Part shown: in pieces, positions 40,341 through 49,545 of the stretch | How the letters are laid out: every line of letters begins with the position of its first letter | Numbering within the stretch: the first letter of the stretch is position 1 | Source: an uncultured Collinsella sp. | Lineage (GTDB): Bacteria; Actinomycetota; Coriobacteriia; Coriobacteriales; Coriobacteriaceae | DNA: 64,000 nt | Assembly (NCBI GenBank): GCA_902466395.1 | Contig: CABQQR010000002.1 | Coordinates: 110,184-174,183 of the forward strand | Reading direction: 5' to 3' | The notes under the pieces: generated by a model | Seen by the model: only the letters and a program-made list of their open reading frames with translations | The model's database searches: none | What the model was told of the DNA's origin: nothing | Made by a program: the position numbers and the translations under genes

Positions 40341-41528
40341 TTAGTCAAGCAAAAGCAATCGTTTGTAGACATCGAGGCCTTTGAGAAGGATTTCCTCGTC
40401 GAAGAGCATGCTATCGGTATGCAGAGCGCTTGTGGCATAGGCGGGGCAGCCATCCGAATCACTCGGGTTGTCTTGGTCCTCTGGCATACCCGTGCCCAGC
40501 AGGAAAAACACGCCCGGCAGATGGCGTTGGTAGAACGCGAAATCCTCGGCAATCAGCAGCGGCTCGTCCACGAGCTGTAACTCGGGCAGAGCAGGCGCGA
40601 TTCGAGCAAACAACTCGGGGTCGTTGTCGACCGGCGGATAGCCCTCGGCAAAGTCGAGATCGTACGTGCAGCCCGTTGCAGCGCATGCCTCATCAAGCAC
40701 GCGGCACACACCCTCGCGTGCACGGTCGAACATGTCGTCCGTAAACACACGCAGGCTTCCGGCCACATGGGCCTCCCCCGCCACCGCGTTACAAACCGTA
40801 CCGGCCTGCAACAGACCAAACTTACCGATACAGGGCTCGTCGGTGCCCAGCTCGTCCATCAGCTCGCGCTCGGTAACCAAAAACTTCGCTGCCGCCAACG
40901 CGGCATCGTGTGACTCCTCAACCGGCACACCATAAGTCTTAGCAATATGGATACTCGTACCGTGAATATGGATATGCGTCTCGCTCGAACGCGCCAGCAG
41001 CGGACCAGAACAACTCGCCAGCGTGCCGGCAGACAGATCGGGCCACACATGGAAGCCAAAAATGCGGTCGGCCCCATAGCGCTCGAACACACCACTCTCG
41101 CATACTGTCTTGGCACCACCGGTCGTTTCCTCGGCAGGCTGGAACACAAAGAGCACGTTACGCTTAATGGCACCCGGCCGCTCGCGAATCGCACGGTCGA
41201 CATACGTCGCTGCGGCAAGCGCCATGGCCATGTGCCCATCGTGCCCGCAAGCGTGCATCTTGCCGGGATGAGACGAGGCGAAAGCCGCGCCCGTCGCCTC
41301 CACAATGGGCAGCGCATCCATGTCGGCGCGAATCGCCGTGGCATGCGCGGCACCAACGCCAGCGTCGAAGAAAGCGCAGACGCAGCTGGGACACGGATGG
41401 GCCACCTCGCAGGCGAGCGGCGCCAACACACCCTCGATATAGGCGATCGTCTGCGGAAGATCGAAGTCGAGCTCCGGGATCCTGTGCAAGTCGCGCCGAT
41501 AGCGGCGGAGTTCTTGGAGCTCGGTCAT
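40341..41528 (-). CDS. M20D-family amidohydrolase, candidate N-acetyl-diaminopimelate deacetylase
   Basis: MTELQELRRYRRDLHRIPELDFD…HACGHDGHMAMAL…FQPAEE… carries the M20 metal-binding motifs. ATG at 41528 after an AAAGGAAC RBS. It is divergent from the lysA-dapA-dapB-dapH cluster. Confidence 0.8.
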   Translation of the reverse strand: MTELQELRRYRRDLHRIPELDFDLPQTIAYIEGVLAPLACEVAHPCPSCVCAFFDAGVGAAHATAIRADMDALPIVEATGAAFASSHPGKMHACGHDGHMAMALAAATYVDRAIRERPGAIKRNVLFVFQPAEETTGGAKTVCESGVFERYGADRIFGFHVWPDLSAGTLASCSGPLLARSSETHIHIHGTSIHIAKTYGVPVEESHDAALAAAKFLVTERELMDELGTDEPCIGKFGLLQAGTVCNAVAGEAHVAGSLRVFTDDMFDRAREGVCRVLDEACAATGCTYDLDFAEGYPPVDNDPELFARIAPALPELQLVDEPLLIAEDFAFYQRHLPGVFFLLGTGMPEDQDNPSDSDGCPAYATSALHTDSMLFDEEILLKGLDVYKRLLLLD

Positions 41529-41907
41529 AGAGGTTCCTTTCATGGGTGCGCGTCGGTTGCCATCTATTGTGCCGCAAGATTGCCACACCCTTATTTCCAG
41601 CATATCCTTGCATTTTTTAAACGTTATACACGAATACTCTTGTTTGGTAAAGTGCAACGTGGTAGGGTTTTTACCACTTGATAGAGGCGCGGGCACGAAG
41701 AACCGCGGGCGAGCCGGCAGGCTTTGACCCCGTGGGGAGGCGAAACCCGCCGAACCGGGTTTTTCGGGCACGAACAACCTGGTGGGCCTGCGGGAAACAC
41801 CCACAGGACTGTCTGCAGCAATGCGGGAGCGCTATCCGGACATTGGGTCCTTGCTATGCGGATTCGATGCGCAGATGGCGCCGTCTGGATAGCGAGGTTT
41901 ACGGGAC

Positions 41908-44217
41908 ATGGCACTGACTCCCAACGAGGCATATGCGGCAAAGCAGCCGTTTGTGGACAAGGAGACGCTCGAGCATATCGTCGAGCAATTCCCCACGCCG
42001 TTTCATCTATACGACGAGGCAGGCATCCGCCGCAACATGCAAGAAGTGCGCGACGCCTTTGCATGGAACCCGGGCTTTAAGGAATACTTTGCCGTCAAGG
42101 CCAACCCCAACCTGGCGCTCATCTCCATTCTCAACGAATACGGCTGCGGCTGCGATTGCTCGAGCTATACCGAGCTCATGATCGCCCGCTCGCTGGGCAT
42201 CACGGGGCATGACATCATGTTCTCGTCCAACGACACGCCGGCGGCCGACTTTGAGTTCGCTGACAAGCTGGGCGCCATCGTCAACTTCGACGACATCAGC
42301 CACATCGAGTTCTTTGAGCGCGTTGCGGGGCCCATTCCCAAGACGGTCAGCTGCCGCTTTAATCCGGGCGGCCTGTTCCAGCTCTCCAACGGCATCATGG
42401 ACAACCCGGGCGACTCCAAATATGGCATGACCACCGAGCAGCTCTTCGAAGCCTTCCGCACGCTCAAGGCCAAGGGCGCCGAGCGCTTTGGCATCCACGC
42501 ATTCCTTGCCAGCAACACCGTCACCAACGACTACTACCCCAAGCTCGCGCGCATCCTCTTTGAGCTTGCCGTGCGCCTGGAGCGCGAGACCGGCGCACAC
42601 GTCGCCTTCATCAATCTGTCCGGCGGCGTTGGTATCCCCTATCTGCCCGAGCAGCAGGCCAACGACATCCACGCCATCGGTGAAGGGGTGCACACGGCCT
42701 ACGACGAGATTCTGGTTCCCGCCGGCATGGGCGATGTGGCGATCTGTACCGAGATGGGCCGCTTTATGATGGGCCCCTATGGGTGCCTGGTCACCAAGGC
42801 CATCCACGAGAAGCAAATCTACAAGGACTATATCGGCGTGGACGCCAGTGCCGTTGACCTTATTCGTCCCGCCATGTATGGCGCCTACCACCACATTACG
42901 GTGATGGGCCAGCCGGGTGGTGACGACAAGACCACAGCGCCCGCTACGGACACCTACGACATCACGGGCAATCTGTGCGAGAACAACGATAAGTTCGCCA
43001 TCGACCGCGAGCTGCCGCATATCGACATGGGCGACCTGCTCGTGATCCACGATACCGGTGCGCATGGTTACTCCATGGGCTACAACTACAACGGACGGCT
43101 GCGCTCCGCCGAGGTGCTACTGCGCCCCGATGGCTCGGCCGACCTCATCCGCCGCGCCGAGCGCCCGGGCGACTATTTTGCCACGCTCGACGTGCTACCG
43201 TGCGGACGAGAGCTGCTGGCCAAATCGCGCGCCGAAAGCGCTCGACGTCGCGCTCAGGACGAGCGCTTGGCCGTCGCCGCCCAATGGAATAAACGCATCC
43301 AGATCGCGGAAGCGAAGGAGAAGAACATGGATATCCGCAATCTCGAGGGCTCAATCGTCGCCCTGGTTACGCCGTTTAAAAAGGACGGCAGTGTCGACTT
43401 TGACGCGCTTGGGCGCCTTATCGATTTCCACCTGCAAAACGGCACCGACGCTATCCTCACCCTGGGCACCACCGGCGAGAGCGCCACGATGACCGATGAC
43501 GAGGACAACTCCGTCGTCGCCGCCGTGGTCAAGCATGTTGCAGGCCGTGTCCCCGTCATCGCCGGCTCGGGCTCCAACTCCACGCAAACCATGCTCACCA
43601 AGTCGCTCACCTACCAGGGCTTGGGAGCCGACGGCCTGCTGCTCATCACCCCCTACTACAACAAGTCCAACGAAGAGGGCATCTATCAGCACTTTAAGAC
43701 CGTTGCCGATGCCGTAGATATCCCCTGCATCCTGTACAACATCCCCGGCCGCTGCGGCTGCGGCATCAGCGTGCGCAACGTGGAGCGCCTGGCCGCGCAC
43801 CCCAACATCATGGGCATCAAGGAAGCCTCAGGCAACGTCGCTTACGCAGCCAAGATCGCCCACCTGCTGTCCGATGACTTCCGCATGTACTCGGGCGAGG
43901 ACGCACTTACCGTACCGCTCATGAGCCTGGGCGCCTCGGGCACCATCAGCGTGTGGGCAGACGTTCAGCCGCAGCTCGTGCATGACATGTGCCGCGCCTA
44001 TTTGGACGGTGACGTGGCGCGTGCCCGCGATATCCAAATTGCCGGCCAGCCGCTCATCAATGCCCTCTTTAGTGAGGTCAACCCCATCCCCGTCAAAGAG
44101 GCGCTCGCTCAGATGGGTATGATCGAGGCAAACTACCGCATGCCGCTGTGCCCCATGGCAAACGACACGCGTACTGCACTTACCGATGCTCTGAAGGGAG
44201 CTGGTCTGCTTGATTAA
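41908..44217 (+). CDS. lysA-dapA: In-frame fusion of diaminopimelate decarboxylase (LysA, aa 1-about 440) and 4-hydroxy-tetrahydrodipicolinate synthase (DapA, aa about 474-769)
   Basis: The N-terminal half is an ODC/LysA fold (…FAVKANPN…, …GGGVGIPY…, …CENNDKFA…). A Lys/Arg/Glu/Ala-rich linker follows. The C-terminal half is DapA (…LVTPF…GTTGES…YNIPGR…). There is no stop codon between the halves, and an internal AAGGAG RBS plus ATG sits at 43327. Confidence 0.75.
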   Translation: MALTPNEAYAAKQPFVDKETLEHIVEQFPTPFHLYDEAGIRRNMQEVRDAFAWNPGFKEYFAVKANPNLALISILNEYGCGCDCSSYTELMIARSLGITGHDIMFSSNDTPAADFEFADKLGAIVNFDDISHIEFFERVAGPIPKTVSCRFNPGGLFQLSNGIMDNPGDSKYGMTTEQLFEAFRTLKAKGAERFGIHAFLASNTVTNDYYPKLARILFELAVRLERETGAHVAFINLSGGVGIPYLPEQQANDIHAIGEGVHTAYDEILVPAGMGDVAICTEMGRFMMGPYGCLVTKAIHEKQIYKDYIGVDASAVDLIRPAMYGAYHHITVMGQPGGDDKTTAPATDTYDITGNLCENNDKFAIDRELPHIDMGDLLVIHDTGAHGYSMGYNYNGRLRSAEVLLRPDGSADLIRRAERPGDYFATLDVLPCGRELLAKSRAESARRRAQDERLAVAAQWNKRIQIAEAKEKNMDIRNLEGSIVALVTPFKKDGSVDFDALGRLIDFHLQNGTDAILTLGTTGESATMTDDEDNSVVAAVVKHVAGRVPVIAGSGSNSTQTMLTKSLTYQGLGADGLLLITPYYNKSNEEGIYQHFKTVADAVDIPCILYNIPGRCGCGISVRNVERLAAHPNIMGIKEASGNVAYAAKIAHLLSDDFRMYSGEDALTVPLMSLGASGTISVWADVQPQLVHDMCRAYLDGDVARARDIQIAGQPLINALFSEVNPIPVKEALAQMGMIEANYRMPLCPMANDTRTALTDALKGAGLLD

Positions 44218-44950
44218 GACCGTCATTATGGGAACGGGCCGCATGGGCTCGCTCATCCGCACTACCGCCGAGGGCATTGTCGACGCCGCCGGTCAGCCCG
44301 TTTTCGACATCGTCGCCCAGATCGGTTTTGATCTGTCCGAGCTCGAGAGCGCCCCGGCAGCCGACGTTATCATCGACTTCTCGAACGTCGTGACCTTCGA
44401 CGCCGTTGTCGCCTATGTCGAGCGCACGAGCGCGGCGTTGGTCTCGGGCACCACGGGCTACACCCCCGAGCAGATGGATCGCCTGCGCGAGCTGGGCCAG
44501 AGCGCCCGCGTCATGCACTCCGGCAATTACTCCATCGGTATCGCAGCCCTACGTCATCTGGTGGCACAGGCCACGCACGAGCTGCCCGGCTTTGACTGCG
44601 AGATCGTCGAGACACACCACAACCAAAAGGTCGACGCCCCCAGCGGCACTGCCAAGCTGCTGCTCGACGCCGTCGTCGAAGCCGAGCCCGAGGCAGGCTA
44701 CCACCCCGTCTATGGCCGCGAGGGCATGTGCGGAGCGCGTGACCCCAAGGAGATCGGCATGCACTCGCTGCGCGGCGGTACTGTCGCCGGCGTCCACGAA
44801 GTGAGTTTCTTTGGCCAGGACGAGGAGGTCACGCTCACGCACCGCGCCACGAGCCGTCAGATCTTTGTCAACGGCGCCCTGGCAGCCGCGCAGAAGCTCG
44901 TCACCCGCGAGCCTGGCTTCTATACGTTCGACCAGGTCATGTTTGCCTAA
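44210..44950 (+). CDS. dapB: 4-hydroxy-tetrahydrodipicolinate reductase
   Basis: (M)IKTVIMGTGRMGSLI… with full-length DapB similarity. The TTG start overlaps the dapA stop. Confidence 0.9.
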   Translation: MIKTVIMGTGRMGSLIRTTAEGIVDAAGQPVFDIVAQIGFDLSELESAPAADVIIDFSNVVTFDAVVAYVERTSAALVSGTTGYTPEQMDRLRELGQSARVMHSGNYSIGIAALRHLVAQATHELPGFDCEIVETHHNQKVDAPSGTAKLLLDAVVEAEPEAGYHPVYGREGMCGARDPKEIGMHSLRGGTVAGVHEVSFFGQDEEVTLTHRATSRQIFVNGALAAAQKLVTREPGFYTFDQVMFA

Positions 44951-44989
44951 CCAAGTATCAACCGGATCTACCCAAAGGAGAGACATCAA

Positions 44990-45709
44990 ATGAGCAATGC
45001 AGCCGAGATGGATGCCCAGGAGATTATCAATTACATCGCCACCGCGCCCAAAAAGACGCCCGTCAAGCTGTACGTGCGCGAGAAACCCGGCATGAAGGTT
45101 GCCTGGGGCAACGCACATGTCTACGGCGGCCGTCGCGGCAAGACCGTCTTTGGCGACTGGGACGAGCTCAAAGCCATCCTTGATGCCAATGCCGATTCCA
45201 TCGATTACTACGATGTGGAGAACGACTGCCGCAACTCCGCCGTGCCCATGCTCGACCTCAAGGGCATCAACGCCCGCATCGAGCCGGGCGCGATTATCCG
45301 TGACCGCGTCGAGATCGGCGACCGCGCCGTCATCATGATGGGTGCCATCATCAACATCGGCTCCGTCATTGGCGAAGGCTCCATGATCGACATGGGCGCC
45401 GTGCTGGGCGGCCGCGCCACCGTAGGCAAGAACTGCCACATCGGCGCCGGCACCGTGCTGGCAGGCGTTGTGGAGCCCGCCAGCGCCACGCCCGTCATCA
45501 TCGAGGACGATGTCATGATCGGCGCAAACGCCGTGGTCCTGGAAGGTGTGCGCGTGGGCAAGGGCGCTGTTGTCGCCGCCGGCGCCGTGTGCGTCGAGGA
45601 CGTCCCCGCCGGCGCCGTCGTGGCCGGTGTCCCCGCCCGCGTCATCAAGATGCGCGACGAGAAGACCGACAGCAAGACCGGTCTCGAGGAAGGTCTGCGC
45701 CAGCTTTAA
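44990..45709 (+). CDS. dapH: 2,3,4,5-tetrahydropyridine-2,6-dicarboxylate N-acetyltransferase (acetylase-variant DAP pathway)
   Basis: N-terminal domain plus left-handed beta-helix hexapeptide repeats ([26 protein letters not shown]…), B. subtilis DapH-like. Confidence 0.85.
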   Translation: MSNAAEMDAQEIINYIATAPKKTPVKLYVREKPGMKVAWGNAHVYGGRRGKTVFGDWDELKAILDANADSIDYYDVENDCRNSAVPMLDLKGINARIEPGAIIRDRVEIGDRAVIMMGAIINIGSVIGEGSMIDMGAVLGGRATVGKNCHIGAGTVLAGVVEPASATPVIIEDDVMIGANAVVLEGVRVGKGAVVAAGAVCVEDVPAGAVVAGVPARVIKMRDEKTDSKTGLEEGLRQL

Positions 45710-45753
45710 TAGTTACGGCGTTTTACCAAACGCCGTAACGGCTCGACGCTGCA

Positions 45754-45850
45754 AACGCCCCAGAGCGGCAATCTGACGTTCAATCGTCGGGCATGACCAA
45801 AAGGTCAATGCCCTCCTCTTTCACGTCACCTTGCTCGCTCTGGGGCGTTT
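45754..45850 (+). other. Structured element: 14-bp perfect inverted repeat (aaacgccccagagc / gctctggggcgttt) enclosing an inner hairpin, followed by a T-tract
   Basis: Outer arms at 45754-45767 and 45837-45850. The inner hairpin is gggcatgacc aaaa ggtcaatgccc. TTTT follows at 45848-45851. Confidence 0.3.
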
Positions 45851-45896
45851 TCGCTGACTTATGCTCAACCAGTAGCGTAATTAAGCCCCAAGTAAA

Positions 45897-45936
45897 AAGG
45901 CCGAAGCCCTCATCCGAGGCTTCGGCCTTTGTTTTT
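45897..45936. terminator. Bidirectional rho-independent terminator (ndpA on the minus strand)
   Basis: aaaaaggccgaagcc ctcatccg aggcttcggcctttgttttt, with a U-tract on both strands. Confidence 0.6.
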
Positions 45937-45956
45937 CTGCAGCGTCCAAGAGCAGT

Positions 45957-46970
45957 TTATCGGTTCTCGATGCTGCCGATGTTTTTGAGCTCGATGGAGA
46001 TGAGGCCGTTGGGTTCGTTGACGAACTCGATGTACTCGGAGTTCGAGCCCATCTCGGCCGGAAAGCTGATCTCGATGCCCGTGTCGGTACGAATCTTGTG
46101 GTTGCGCACGGCCGCACGCTCGACCTGCTTGCGCTCCACGGGCACACGCTCGGGCACCTTCTCTTCGGTCAGCGCCGCGCGTACGCTCTCCTTGATGACC
46201 GGCTCGTCCTCAAAGACCTCATCGACGATATCCCAGGGCGGCAGCTCCTCGTCATCCTCAACCTTCTCGGCAACGGCAGCCTTAACCTTAGCGAGCGCTA
46301 CGGCCGTATTGGCACCGTGCTCCTCGGCGACTTCCTCGACCACGCGCGTCACGGTGTCGATGACCTCCTTGCCCGACACGCCCGTATCGCACTGCAGCAG
46401 ACCGTCGGGAATGAGCATGCGGTCTTCGCCGGCAATCTTGCGCTTCTTGTCCACGTAGCCGATCTCCATGGTACTCGCGCGCACGATGGCATAGCTCGGC
46501 ACCTTTTGCGAGGGGTTCGGCAGAATGGCGTAGTGGCGCGCGATGTCGTTGCGCACCTCTCCCTCCTCGCGGCCCACTTCGTGCATAAAAGCCTGCTTGG
46601 AGCCCAGCAGCATCACGGCAAACCAGCGGGCATCCTCATCGTCGTCAAAATCGGCCACGAGCACGTCGGTGGACTCGGCTTTCTCGGCTTTGGTGAGCTC
46701 GGAGGAGATAAACTCTGCAATCTGCTGCGACAGGTCCACGAACTCACGCTCGCCAAAGAAATAGCCCTTGAGCTCACCGCCGAATGCGGAGTTCTCGGCA
46801 AACGTGGCGCGCTTGTTATCGGCAGAGGTGCGGGCACGGCGCAGGTGCGTGGTCACAAAGTTGCGCACGGTTCGACTCTCGATATCGAGCTCGCGCTGGC
46901 TCATAACGTTGACGGCAGAGTCAAAGTCCAGGATATGCAGAATCGCGTGATTGATTTTCATATACGGCAT
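45957..46970 (-). CDS. ndpA: Nucleoid-associated protein NdpA/YejK family
   Basis: MKINHAILHILDFDSAVNVMSQRELD… is the N-terminal signature of the 37-kDa nucleoid-associated protein family. Confidence 0.75.
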   Translation of the reverse strand: MPYMKINHAILHILDFDSAVNVMSQRELDIESRTVRNFVTTHLRRARTSADNKRATFAENSAFGGELKGYFFGEREFVDLSQQIAEFISSELTKAEKAESTDVLVADFDDDEDARWFAVMLLGSKQAFMHEVGREEGEVRNDIARHYAILPNPSQKVPSYAIVRASTMEIGYVDKKRKIAGEDRMLIPDGLLQCDTGVSGKEVIDTVTRVVEEVAEEHGANTAVALAKVKAAVAEKVEDDEELPPWDIVDEVFEDEPVIKESVRAALTEEKVPERVPVERKQVERAAVRNHKIRTDTGIEISFPAEMGSNSEYIEFVNEPNGLISIELKNIGSIENR

Positions 46971-47072
46971 TCCGTTCTAGATCGATTTCGGCACGAACCA
47001 GTATAGCGGTCGAGCCCGCTCCAGGCGTATCGAAGATTGGCGCATCGGGGACAGGTTGCTCTGCACCAATGG

Positions 47073-48233
47073 TTAGCGCAGGAACTCGGACTGCCACACC
47101 TCGAGCTGTTCTGCCAGGCTCTTACCGCTAGAAGGCACGCTGAACTCGGGACGTCTGGGCAGCAGCGCACACTTAAGAATTGCCACGATGGTCTGCGAGA
47201 CAAAGCGTCGCGTATCCTTGTCAAAGCCTTGCGCAGCCTGGAGCATCACGGGCAGGCTCTCGCGCAGATTTCCTGCGATATCCGCAAACCGCTCAGCACC
47301 CGTAGCCTCAAACACGGAGAACAACGCATCTACAAAGCGCTCGCGCTCGCTAGGCGACACTGCAAGCAGCATCTCGCGAATGGAGCCATCAACGTATCGA
47401 GCACCGGCGGACAGGCGCTCACGGTACACGAAGTCGCGACCATCAACCACCCAGCTAAAGGGATTGTGCTGCAGCAGGCTGAACTCGGTGCTCTCAACGA
47501 TGGCATAGTCCTCCTGTGTCTCGAACATCATGCCAAAGATCGACGACCGAGGTAGCGTCTTATCGATTCGACCGGAAAGATCGACAAAGGCGTTGCTGCT
47601 CAGAAACTCCTCGACGAAGCCCGGACCATCATGGGAATACGCCCGTTCGATTCGCTCGCGGGCGACATCGGAGCACATCGCCGCACCGTACACCGCAAGG
47701 TTTCCGCCCTTGGAATGACCTCCACACAAAAGCGGCCCGTCGACTGCATCCGCTGCCTCGTCCGCATAACGCGCCGCTGATTCCTGGGCCGGCACAGGAC
47801 ACCGGAAAGCCATGTTAAAGTCCTCTTTCCAGCCCACAATCGTGCTGTCGGTCCCCCGGAAGGAAAGATAACTAAACCCCGCCGGAAACCGGAACGCCAT
47901 GGCTGCAAACTGCTCTGTCGCCACCACATCGCTCACGGCACGATAGCCGCAAACGTGCACGCCACGGTAGCGAGGGCTTGCTGCCACGGCCTCCAACAAG
48001 GCACGGCTTCCCTCTGGATTCCACAGATCGCCGACCATATCCCGATAGCACTCGGCGCGCAGCAGCTCGCGCACATCAAGCCCCTGCCAGCCCTCAAGCT
48101 CTGACATGTCCTGCGGCAGGCGCAAATACGACAACCACGCAAAGACGAGGCTATCCACCGCGCAGAACGGCCGCTCATCAAACGAGTCAAAGGCCGTCTG
48201 GGCATAGGTCAAAAAGTTAGGCGAATCAGACAT
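47073..48233 (-). CDS. DUF2974 (Mbeg1-like) alpha/beta-hydrolase, lipase-like
   Basis: Lipase-type nucleophile elbow GGHSKGG. ATG at 48233 after a GGGAGGG RBS. Confidence 0.6.
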   Translation of the reverse strand: MSDSPNFLTYAQTAFDSFDERPFCAVDSLVFAWLSYLRLPQDMSELEGWQGLDVRELLRAECYRDMVGDLWNPEGSRALLEAVAASPRYRGVHVCGYRAVSDVVATEQFAAMAFRFPAGFSYLSFRGTDSTIVGWKEDFNMAFRCPVPAQESAARYADEAADAVDGPLLCGGHSKGGNLAVYGAAMCSDVARERIERAYSHDGPGFVEEFLSSNAFVDLSGRIDKTLPRSSIFGMMFETQEDYAIVESTEFSLLQHNPFSWVVDGRDFVYRERLSAGARYVDGSIREMLLAVSPSERERFVDALFSVFEATGAERFADIAGNLRESLPVMLQAAQGFDKDTRRFVSQTIVAILKCALLPRRPEFSVPSSGKSLAEQLEVWQSEFLR

Positions 48234-48393
48234 GGCCCTCCCATCAACAACGGTGCAAGGGGGGACAGGTTGGTTTTGCAGCGTTTGCACCTCATTTGAC
48301 GCAAACAAACCTGTCCCCGATGCACCAAAAAGGCGCCCGGGTCACATGGACCCAGACGCCTTCATTGTAGCCTGTTGCTTAAACGAGCCGAAT

Positions 48394-49344
48394 TTAGCAG
48401 GAGAAGTCGACGCTGTCGATGATGTCCTTGAGGGCCTTGGCGGAGGCGGTGAGCTCATGCTGCTCGTCATCGTTCAGCGGCACGGGGACGCGACAGACGA
48501 CGCCGTCGCGGCCAACGACCGTCGGCATGGAGATGGCAAGATCGGACAGGCCATACTCGCCCACCATGAGCGAGGAGACGGGCAGAACGGTCTGCTCATC
48601 GCGCATGACGGCGGTGCAGATGCGCTTGACGGCCATGGCGACGCCATAGTAGGTGGCGTGCTTCTTCTCGATGATGGTGTAGGCGGAGTTCTTGACGTCC
48701 TCGGCGATGCGCTTCTCGGCAGCCTCATGCTCCAGATGACCGTGAAGCTCGCAGAAAGTGTTCAGCGGCACGCCGGCAACCTGGGCGCTGGACCAAGCGA
48801 CAAACTCAGAGTCGCCGTGCTCACCCATGACATAGGCCTGGACATCGCGCGGGTCAACCTCGACGTGGGCACCAAGCATCTGCTGCAGACGGCCAGTGTC
48901 GAGCACGGTGCCGGAGCCGATGACATGGCCCTCGGGCAGGCCGGACATCTTGATGGCGGCATAGGTCAGAACATCGACCGGGTTGGAGACAATGAGCAGA
49001 ATGCCGTCGAAGCCAGACTTCTTAATTTCGGGAATGATGGACTTAAAGATGTTGACGTTCTTGTTGACCAGGTCCAGACGGGTCTCACCGGGCTTCTGGG
49101 CAGCGCCAGCGGTGACGACGATCATGGCGGCGTCGGCGACATCGGAATAATCGCCGGCGTAGATCTTCATCGGCTCGGCAAACGTCATGCCGTGCGCGAT
49201 ATCCAGGGCCTCACCCTCGGCGCGGTTCTTGTCCACGTCGATGAGGACCATCTCGGAGAACAGACCGCTCTGCATCAGCGCGAACGCCGAAGACGAACCG
49301 ACGAAACCGCAGCCGACAATAGCGACCTTCTTCTCGTTAACCAT
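48394..49344 (-). CDS. ldh: L-lactate dehydrogenase
   Basis: MVNEKKVAIVGCGFVGSSSAF… has the NAD-binding Rossmann motif and substrate-binding regions of L-LDH. Confidence 0.9.
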   Translation of the reverse strand: MVNEKKVAIVGCGFVGSSSAFALMQSGLFSEMVLIDVDKNRAEGEALDIAHGMTFAEPMKIYAGDYSDVADAAMIVVTAGAAQKPGETRLDLVNKNVNIFKSIIPEIKKSGFDGILLIVSNPVDVLTYAAIKMSGLPEGHVIGSGTVLDTGRLQQMLGAHVEVDPRDVQAYVMGEHGDSEFVAWSSAQVAGVPLNTFCELHGHLEHEAAEKRIAEDVKNSAYTIIEKKHATYYGVAMAVKRICTAVMRDEQTVLPVSSLMVGEYGLSDLAISMPTVVGRDGVVCRVPVPLNDDEQHELTASAKALKDIIDSVDFSC

Positions 49345-49545
49345 TAGAAACTCCCATCTCTCTCCACAAACAAGCCACCCGGGAACGACCCGAGCGGCTT
49401 GTCGTAATCCCAATACATCCAATCGGGACTTTGATTATGCTCCTATTCGCAGCCAAAAATCGACCGTTTACCGAAATTGTTTGCAGGATTCGTAAAATAA
49501 CTGCACGAAATCGGTTTCGAGCTATTGACGAGTCGAAACAGGTTT

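Noticed and set aside
40341-41804. 487-aa ORF upstream extension of the M20 amidohydrolase
   Set aside because: The first roughly 90 codons have no RBS and no similarity. A good RBS plus ATG at 41528 gives a normal-length M20D protein.
48232-49347. 371-aa plus-strand ORF
   Set aside because: Antisense to the L-lactate dehydrogenase gene.
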